Source: Gammaproteobacteria bacterium (lineage in GTDB: Bacteria > Pseudomonadota > Gammaproteobacteria > SZUA-140). Taken from it: 64,000 bases of DNA. Below, piece by piece: positions 56,163 through 64,000 of this stretch (positions are counted from its first letter, which is position 1; the number at the start of each line of letters is the position of its first letter). Where the stretch lies: contig JADLCS010000046.1 in the NCBI GenBank assembly GCA_020847075.1, positions 70,295 through 134,294 on the forward strand, read 5' to 3'. The translations under genes were made by a program, and so were the position numbers. Below the pieces are notes generated by a model that saw only the letters and a list, made by a program, of their open reading frames with translations, did no database searches and was not told where the DNA came from.

Positions 56163-56732
56163 TCACAGCAGGTTCAGGATCATCTGCTCCGCGGTATCCC
56201 GCGTCAACTCGCCGTACTGGGCATAGGCGATCCTGCCCGATCGGTCCACTAGCACGGTATAGGGGAGGATACCGATACTGTTTCCATACGCCTCGGCCAC
56301 CGAGATCGCATTCGTACCGCCGATCAGGCTCGGGTAATTGAGCTCGAGCCCCAGTTTGCCGAAAAATGCCTGCACCTGGGGGACCGTATCGAGGGCGATC
56401 CCGACGAATTGCACCCCGTGGCCGGCGTATTGTCTCTGCAGTTCGATGAACGCGGGGATCTCACGGACGCAGGGCTTGCACCAGGTGGCCCAGAAATTCA
56501 CCACCAGCACCCGCCCATCCCATTCCCCCACCGCATGAGACAAGCCCAGGGCGTCCGGCAAGACGAAATCCGGCCGGGACTGGCCGAGAACGGCGGCGGC
56601 GGAAGTGGCCGAGGGCTCCTGAGGCTCGTGCTGCAACCGCTGGCGGTAAAGATAGTTCGCCGCGACCGCGGCCACGACGAACAGCGCGATCGCCAGCAGG
56701 ATCAGATTGGGACGCCGCGACCAGCCCGCCAT
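56163..56732 (-). CDS. TlpA-family thioredoxin-fold thiol:disulfide oxidoreductase, membrane anchored
   Basis: 189 aa with an N-terminal TM and the redox motif NFWATWCKPC. Confidence 0.85.
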   Translation of the reverse strand: MAGWSRRPNLILLAIALFVVAAVAANYLYRQRLQHEPQEPSATSAAAVLGQSRPDFVLPDALGLSHAVGEWDGRVLVVNFWATWCKPCVREIPAFIELQRQYAGHGVQFVGIALDTVPQVQAFFGKLGLELNYPSLIGGTNAISVAEAYGNSIGILPYTVLVDRSGRIAYAQYGELTRDTAEQMILNLL

Positions 56733-56744
56733 GGGGTGAGGAAA

Positions 56745-58604
56745 CTAGCTCAATGCCTGTCGTATATGGCGCGTAAACGCCTCGGGACCGGTGTAACCGA
56801 TCACGCGGAACGGCCTCAGCTCCATGCCGTCCGCGCCGAAGAACAATATCGCAGGGGGTCCGAAAAGTCCAAGTTGCTTGAGCAGTTCCTGATCGAGCCC
56901 GTCGTTCGCCGTCACGTCCGCGCGCAGCAGGACGACACCGGCCAAGGCGTTGCGCACGCCGGGATCGACGAAGGTGCGGCGCTCCATGATCTTGCAGTCG
57001 ACGCACCAGTCGGCATAGAAATCCAGCATGACCGGCCGCCCGGACGCGCCCGCCATGGCCTGACGCAGGCCCTCCACGCCCTTGACCGGCACAAACTCCA
57101 GTGCCGCCTCCGCGGAGGTCTTGCCGCCGGCAATCGAGATCGCTTGCAAGGGCCGCAGCGGATCATTGCCGCCACTGGCAGCGCCGATGATCAGCAACAC
57201 GCCATAGATGAACACGACCAAGCCCATGCCTTTCCACAACCGCCTCCAGCCCTGAACCCCGGCATCCATGCGGTCAAAGGCACCGAGGTAGACGGCCGTG
57301 CCGACCAGTAGGACCGCCCACAGAACCATGCTGAACTCGGGCGGGACGATCCGGTCGAGAAACCAGACCGCCACGGCCAGCATCAGCACGCCGAAGACGG
57401 CCTTGACCGTCGTCATCCAGGCCCCCGCCCGCGGCAGAAATTTTCCGGCGGAGGTCCCGATCACCAGCAGCGGCAGACCCATGCCCAGGCTGAGTGCGAA
57501 CAGCGAGATCCCGCCCAGCAGCGCGTCGCCGCTCATCCCGATATATAGGAGTATCCCCGCCAGCGGGGCGGCGACGCAGGGCCCCACCACCAGCGCCGAC
57601 AGGAAGCCCATCACCGCCGCCCCGAGATAGGTTCCCGCGGACTGCCGGTTACTGAATGCGTTCAGCCTCGCCTGCCAGGCGGCCGGCAGCTGGAGCTGAT
57701 AGACATCGAACATGGCCAGGGCGAGCAGCACGAAGACGAGGCTGATGCCGCCGAGGATCCAGGGATTCTGAAACGCCGCCTGCAGATTGCTGCCGAACAT
57801 ACCGGCAGCCACGCCGGCCAGGGTGTAGGTCAGGGCCATGGCGAGCACATAACTCAAGGACAGCAGAAAGGCGCGGCGCGTCGTTACCTGCGTACGCTGT
57901 CCGATGATCAGGCTGGACAGGATCGGCACCATCGGGAGGACGCAGGGGGTGAACGCCAGGAGCAGACCGAAACCGAAGAACCCGGCCAGATTCAACCAAA
58001 GATTTCCTTCCGCCAGGGAACGCGCGATCCGGTCCTGCAGCGGGGCGTCCGCGGCGTCACCCGCCGCGGACGGAGCCGCCCCGGTCGCAGTGACGGCATC
58101 CGCCGCCGGCAACTCCAGGCGCACCGTCCGCTTCATCGGCGGATAACAGAATCCCTGGTCGGCGCACCCCTGGTATCCCACCTCCAGGATCACCGCGGCC
58201 GGCGCCGTATCCTGCCGTATCACCGGCAGCCGGGCCTGCACCGGGCCGTGAAACACCTCCATGCGGCCGAAGAACTCATCCTCCTTGAATTCGCCCGGAG
58301 GAAACTCCGCCTCCCCCAGCGTCATGCCCGCGGGAGCTTCCGCCAATCGGAAACTGAATTTGTCGCGGTAGAGGTAGTAACCGTCCGTGATGTCCCAGCG
58401 CGCCGAGATCGTGCCGGCAGCGGAAACCTCGGCGGAAAAGACGAAGGCCCGGTCCGGCTCAAGGAATACCGGCTCCGATTTGCCCAGACCCAGCCGCGCG
58501 CCGATGGAGGCGAGCGGAGAGGACGCGCCGCCGTCGGAAGCGAAACCGGCGGGGCAGATCAGCAGCAACGAGACGAGGAGACCGAACCCGGAAATCTTGA
58601 TCAT
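56745..58604 (-). CDS. dsbD: Thiol:disulfide interchange protein DsbD (protein-disulfide reductase)
   Basis: 619 aa. Periplasmic N-domain, 8-TM core with conserved Cys (FTPCVLPM; VVGPCVAAPL) and a C-terminal thioredoxin motif DFYADWCVDC. Confidence 0.92.
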   Translation of the reverse strand: MIKISGFGLLVSLLLICPAGFASDGGASSPLASIGARLGLGKSEPVFLEPDRAFVFSAEVSAAGTISARWDITDGYYLYRDKFSFRLAEAPAGMTLGEAEFPPGEFKEDEFFGRMEVFHGPVQARLPVIRQDTAPAAVILEVGYQGCADQGFCYPPMKRTVRLELPAADAVTATGAAPSAAGDAADAPLQDRIARSLAEGNLWLNLAGFFGFGLLLAFTPCVLPMVPILSSLIIGQRTQVTTRRAFLLSLSYVLAMALTYTLAGVAAGMFGSNLQAAFQNPWILGGISLVFVLLALAMFDVYQLQLPAAWQARLNAFSNRQSAGTYLGAAVMGFLSALVVGPCVAAPLAGILLYIGMSGDALLGGISLFALSLGMGLPLLVIGTSAGKFLPRAGAWMTTVKAVFGVLMLAVAVWFLDRIVPPEFSMVLWAVLLVGTAVYLGAFDRMDAGVQGWRRLWKGMGLVVFIYGVLLIIGAASGGNDPLRPLQAISIAGGKTSAEAALEFVPVKGVEGLRQAMAGASGRPVMLDFYADWCVDCKIMERRTFVDPGVRNALAGVVLLRADVTANDGLDQELLKQLGLFGPPAILFFGADGMELRPFRVIGYTGPEAFTRHIRQALS

Positions 58605-58825
58605 GTTATGCGTGAGACTCGGTAGCGACCGGGAAGAAACCGGGGAGAGACGGATCCGATCGTCTGCCGCGGAAACGCCGGTGGAACATCGAACCGCCTC
58701 GAACGAAGAAGCGTCCCTATACTAACACACGGCCGGCGCGCGGAACCCTGTCCAGGATGTCGGAACAGTCGGCGGAAACTTGATGCCACCGCCCGGATTC
58801 TGCCAACCAGCGCACATCCCTCCCG

Positions 58826-59164
58826 TCATACGTCGCGACAATTCTCCGCGATCCAGGCGAGATAGGCGGCCGACCCCGCGGCGATATCCAGGGCGATGAT
58901 CTCGGGCAACTCGTAGGGGTGGGAGGCGCGGATCCGTGCCTCGAGCCGCGGATAAACCGCCTTTGCCACCTTGATCAGGAGCAGCACTTCGTCGCCCTCC
59001 TCGATCCCGTCCTTCCAGCGGTAGAGGGAACGCAGGCCCGGAACGATGTTGACGCAGGCCGCGAGCCGTTCATCGAGCAGCGTCCGGGCGAGTTCGCGCG
59101 CAGCCGCTTCGTGCGGACACGTGGTGAGCACGAGATGATGGTCCGTGGTCATGCGCATCACCAT
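58826..59164 (-). CDS. cutA: Divalent-cation tolerance protein CutA
   Basis: 112 aa. The start could be 59152. LVLTTCPHEAAARELARTLLDERLAACVNIVPGLRSLYRWKD. Confidence 0.88.
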   Translation of the reverse strand: MVMRMTTDHHLVLTTCPHEAAARELARTLLDERLAACVNIVPGLRSLYRWKDGIEEGDEVLLLIKVAKAVYPRLEARIRASHPYELPEIIALDIAAGSAAYLAWIAENCRDV

Positions 59165-59207
59165 ACACGATCGGTAACGAGGGTCAAAGGTGCTATAGTG
59201 GCGCCGG

Positions 59208-59639
59208 ATGCCTTACCTGATTCTCCCGCTGATCATCGCGTTTCCGCTGCTCGAGCTGTATGTCCTGATCAAGGCGGGCGGCGTGCTCGGCGCGATCCCC
59301 ACCATCGCCCTCGTGGTGTTCTCGGCCGTGCTGGGAACCCTGCTGCTCCGCTGGCAGGGATGGATCGCGCTGCAACGGGTCCGCGCCGCCCTCGCCCGCG
59401 GCGAACTGCCTGCGCGGGAACTGCTCGATGGCCTGATGGTGCTGGTCGGCGGGGTGCTCCTGCTGATACCCGGCTTCATTTCCGACCTCCTCGCATTCCT
59501 GTGCCTGATCCCCGCCGTCCGCCGGCTCGTCATCCGGGTCTTCGTGCCCGCGCGGCCGCCCTCACCCCCGCCCGCCGGCCCCGACCGCCGCCCCCGCATC
59601 CTCGAGGGGGAATACCGGGAAGAGCGGATCGAGGACTGA
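59208..59639 (+). CDS. fxsA: FxsA family inner-membrane protein
   Basis: 143 aa. FPLLELYVLIKAGGVLGAIPT...LLLIPGFISDLLAFLCLIP. Confidence 0.88.
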   Translation: MPYLILPLIIAFPLLELYVLIKAGGVLGAIPTIALVVFSAVLGTLLLRWQGWIALQRVRAALARGELPARELLDGLMVLVGGVLLLIPGFISDLLAFLCLIPAVRRLVIRVFVPARPPSPPPAGPDRRPRILEGEYREERIED

Positions 59640-59695
59640 TGATCCCCCGGGACCCCTGCCGCCCCCTGACCACGCACGCCGCCATCCGCACAGCC

Positions 59696-59722
59696 CTTGA
59701 CTCCCGCGCGGTCGCCCCTATT
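59696..59722 (+). promoter_or_regulatory. Sigma-32-type heat-shock promoter of groESL
   Basis: CTTGAC-N13-CCCCTATT, compared with the E. coli groE P(sigma32) CCCTTGAA-N13-CCCCATTT. Confidence 0.55.
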
Positions 59723-59726
59723 ATTA

Positions 59727-59753
59727 CTGGCACTCACAGGGAATGAGTGCCAA
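59727..59753 (+). promoter_or_regulatory. CIRCE-like inverted repeat (HrcA operator candidate)
   Basis: CTGGCACTC-N9-GAGTGCCAA versus CIRCE TTAGCACTC-N9-GAGTGCTAA. It lies between the sigma-32-like promoter and groES. Confidence 0.6.
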
Positions 59754-59822
59754 AGATCTCGCGAGACGATCGCGCCAAGAAACAACAACCCATTGTTTTA
59801 TAAATAAAATCGGAGGATACAT

Positions 59823-60113
59823 ATGAAAATCAAACCGTTACACGATCGCGCCGTGATTCGTCGGCTGGAAGAACAGCGCACGAGCCCGGGCGGCATCGTC
59901 ATCCCCGACTCCGCGGCGGAGAAGCCCGTCCGGGGCGAGGTGATCGCGATCGGCAAGGGCAAGATCCTGGAAAACGGCGATGTCCGCCCCATGGACGTCA
60001 AAGTGGGCGACAAGGTCCTGTTCGGCAAATACGCCGGCACGGAGATCAAGGTCGATGGCGAAGAACTGGTCGTGATGCGTGAAGACGACATCATGGCGGT
60101 CATCGAAGGCTAA
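59823..60113 (+). CDS. groES: Co-chaperonin GroES
   Basis: 96 aa. [35 protein letters not shown]. Confidence 0.98.
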   Translation: MKIKPLHDRAVIRRLEEQRTSPGGIVIPDSAAEKPVRGEVIAIGKGKILENGDVRPMDVKVGDKVLFGKYAGTEIKVDGEELVVMREDDIMAVIEG

Positions 60114-61793
<1,680 letters not shown>

Positions 61794-61830
61794 GGGTGTC
61801 CGCGCCGGTCCGTTGCCGGCCGGAAAAAAC

Positions 61831-61865
61831 AAGGGGACGGAGTTTTGCTCCGTCCCCTTTTTTAT
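61831..61865 (+). terminator. groESL intrinsic terminator
   Basis: aaggggacggag-ttttg-ctccgtcccctt followed by a T-run. Confidence 0.8.
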
Positions 61866-62068
61866 TTCCCGTTTTATTATTTCCCGCCCATCGCGCCGGT
61901 GCGCGAAAAAGATGGCGAATTATATCATTTAATCAGTGCCTTGGTAAGCTTACCCGGAGGTCCGGTTTGCGCTATATAAAACCGTAAGGCCGCGCGCGCT
62001 CGAGTACGGGCGCGCGACGACCGATACAGGGACAGGTGGCCTCTTCATGACCGTCGGGAGGTGTACTG

Positions 62069-62701
62069 ATGACTGGGCATCCGCATTCCGAGCGTCTCAT
62101 CACCGGGACGGATCTGCGTGAATACTTTCAACACACCATCGACGACGCGCTGGGCACCCGGGGCGTCGACGCGGCGGTGGAGACGGTCTACTACATCGTC
62201 GATCTGCTCACCGCGTATCAGCGCAGCGACCGCCTCTACGAACAGACCGCCGGCGGCTTCGAGCTCAAACCCCTCGCCCTCATGTACGCCGAGGCCTTGG
62301 AGCTGCCGCATCCGCAGCAGCGCAATCAGATGGTGCAACGCCTGGGCGACGTCGCGCTGTTCATCGCGGGCATATTCTCGGACAGCCTGCGCCGCAAGCC
62401 CGTCGACGTCCATTACTACATCGCCATGGGCAGCAACGCCTACGGTTATCTCTCGGACGCCGTGCGCGGGACCCCGCGGGGCGCGGCGTTCTGCGCGGTC
62501 TTCACCGAGCTGTCGCGCAAGTTTCCCGAGTTCGTCGCCGCGCTCGCGTGTATCCGCGCGGGCGCGGGGCCGGGCGGCGACGCGGACATCCTGAGGCTCT
62601 ACGACCTGTGGCTGCGCACCGGCGACCGGGGCGCCGGGCGGCGGCTGCGCGAGCTGGGGATCAATGGCTGCCCACCGGCGACGGAAGCCGCGCGTCACTG
62701 A
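62069..62701 (+). CDS. Hypothetical protein (helical, no recognisable domain)
   Basis: 210 aa. GGAGGTG lies 6 nt upstream of the ATG. Protein-like composition. Confidence 0.6.
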   Translation: MTGHPHSERLITGTDLREYFQHTIDDALGTRGVDAAVETVYYIVDLLTAYQRSDRLYEQTAGGFELKPLALMYAEALELPHPQQRNQMVQRLGDVALFIAGIFSDSLRRKPVDVHYYIAMGSNAYGYLSDAVRGTPRGAAFCAVFTELSRKFPEFVAALACIRAGAGPGGDADILRLYDLWLRTGDRGAGRRLRELGINGCPPATEAARH

Positions 62702-62708
62702 GCGTGCC

Positions 62709-63377
62709 ATGCCGGCATCGTGCCTGCGGGCCCTGCAGCGTCACCTCGAGCGTATCTACGAAATCGATGTCTCCCGCGACTGCGAGGTCGATCGCTTTCT
62801 GATCACCGACGCCGGGCTGGCCGGCGCGCTGGAGGGCGAGGCGAGCGCGCGCGCCCTGCCCGAAAAACTGCTGGTGTGGGAGCAGGCGGGCGAACTGCAC
62901 GTCTCGCTCTATCTGGACCCCGCCGTTCTCGAGGTGCTGTCCTCGAACGACCCGATCCACGGCCTGAACGACGACAATCTGGCCGCGTTCTGGTCGGCGC
63001 TGGAAGGGGTCAGCCACTTTCTGTACCTGGTCTGGAATGCCCGGCATGGGCGCGGCATCAGCCTGTTCGAACTGGAGCTGCAGGCGGAGGTGGACAAATT
63101 CGTCGCCGCGGTCTTTCTCCTCGCGCGCCAGCGCCGCCGGCGTGTCCCGCGCGACCTCCATGAACACCTGTTCGCCCGGCCGGTGTTCGACCCGCGACTG
63201 GTCGGGGGCGAGTGGCGCCGTTACCGCCACGCAAACCACTTCGCCGGTCTCTACTGCGCGCGTCTGCGCCGCCGCTATCTGGCGAACCGCGGTCCCGGCC
63301 TGGTCCGGGATCTGCGCCGTTTCTACCGTCTGACGCACCGGCACAAGCTCGATCATATCCGCGCCGCCGCCGGCTGA
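62709..63377 (+). CDS. Hypothetical protein (no recognisable domain)
   Basis: ATG at 62709 within ORF 62664..63377, 7 nt after the previous stop, so probably co-transcribed. Confidence 0.55.
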   Translation: MPASCLRALQRHLERIYEIDVSRDCEVDRFLITDAGLAGALEGEASARALPEKLLVWEQAGELHVSLYLDPAVLEVLSSNDPIHGLNDDNLAAFWSALEGVSHFLYLVWNARHGRGISLFELELQAEVDKFVAAVFLLARQRRRRVPRDLHEHLFARPVFDPRLVGGEWRRYRHANHFAGLYCARLRRRYLANRGPGLVRDLRRFYRLTHRHKLDHIRAAAG

Positions 63378-63579
63378 TTTTCCCCTCCCTGCCGGCGCAT
63401 GGCCCGGCGCCCCTTCCTCCCGGCCGGTGTCCGGCCCCGATATCGCCCGGCGCCCGATAAATCTTGCGCCGGCCGTGCCGATATCTGGAACAGGGCGGCC
63501 GCCGGCCAATCGCCGCCTCGCGTCCCCGAGGGGCGCCCCCCATCATCCTGTATCCGGCCGGCGCAGCGGGAGTATGGCG

Positions 63580-64000
63580 ATGCGCAGTCTGGCTCCGTGG
63601 TTCAAATGCCTGTTGATCCTCCTGGCGTCCGCGCGGGTGTCGGCGGCCGAGCCCGAGGCGCCGCCGCTCGAGGCGGACCTCGCGGAGGCGGCGCACGGCT
63701 CCATCGTCGCCCAGTACCGTCTCGGTAACCGCTATCTGAACGGCGACGGCGTCGCGCAGGATTTCACCGGCTCGGCGCACTGGTTCCGCCTGGCCGCGGA
63801 GGGCGGGCACGGCGAGGCCCAGTTCACGCTCGGCCTGATGTACGAAACGGGCGTCGGCGTGGCGCGGGATGCGGCGCTATCGTCCGACTGGATCCGCAGA
63901 TCGGCCCGGGCCGGGCTCCCCGGGGCGCAATTCAAGCTGGCGCGCATGTACGCCTACGGCGACGGTGTGCCGGTGGACGCGGCGGCGGCGGCCGACTGGT
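63580..64000 (+). CDS. Sel1-repeat (TPR-like) secreted protein, 3'-truncated by the window edge
   Basis: Open frame to the window end, so absent from the ORF track. GGGAG lies 7 nt upstream of the ATG. Signal peptide MRSLAPWFKCLLILLASARVSA. Sel1 repeats (AQYRLGNRYLNGDGVAQD; AQFTLGLMYETGVGVARD; AQFKLARMYAYGDGVPVD). Confidence 0.75.
   Translation, partial: MRSLAPWFKCLLILLASARVSAAEPEAPPLEADLAEAAHGSIVAQYRLGNRYLNGDGVAQDFTGSAHWFRLAAEGGHGEAQFTLGLMYETGVGVARDAALSSDWIRRSARAGLPGAQFKLARMYAYGDGVPVDAAAAADW

Overview
High-GC (about 65-70%) gammaproteobacterial chromosome segment made mostly of core housekeeping genes in long co-directional operons, many joined by ATGA start/stop overlaps. In order: Lpp-like lipoprotein and L,D-transpeptidase, rhodanese, HDOD protein, M16C peptidase, rnd, purT, an OmpR-type regulator/kinase pair, an EAL phosphodiesterase, a REC-TPR protein, TerC, a Fur-box TonB-dependent receptor, tRNA-Thr(UGU), SPOR-coaX-birA, bactofilin, a VWA membrane protein and a peroxiredoxin. 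A 13-kb plus-strand run follows: bioA-rsmE-gshA-gshB-apbE-NusGII-Gx-tonB-yqgE-ruvX-pyrR-pyrB-pyrC'-pyrK-like-ECF sigma/anti-sigma. Then come pntAA/AB/B, galE, proS, an SLT transglycosylase, ilvD, ttcA, argA, aroQ-accB-accC, tlpA-like/dsbD/cutA, fxsA, groESL, two unknown proteins and a partial Sel1-repeat protein. I saw no CRISPR array, integrase, transposase, rRNA or recognisable defence system. The most interesting signals lie outside the ORF track. (1) Four unannotated 26-36 aa single-TM peptide genes with strong Shine-Dalgarno sites and their own terminators sit in two AT-rich gaps, as two paralog-like pairs at 24.3-25.2 kb and 51.7-52.1 kb. (2) A lower-GC islet just downstream of tRNA-Thr carries an orphan, degenerate PilZ-like protein. 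(3) The Fur-box TonB-dependent receptor has its signal peptide in a different frame from its plug and barrel. (4) A bactofilin gene is divergently paired with a VWA transmembrane protein. (5) An apbE/NusG-II/Gx module sits inside the gshB-tonB-yqgE-ruvX-pyrRBC' synteny known from Pseudomonas. All functional calls come from reading the translated ORFs and motifs by eye; no database search was run.
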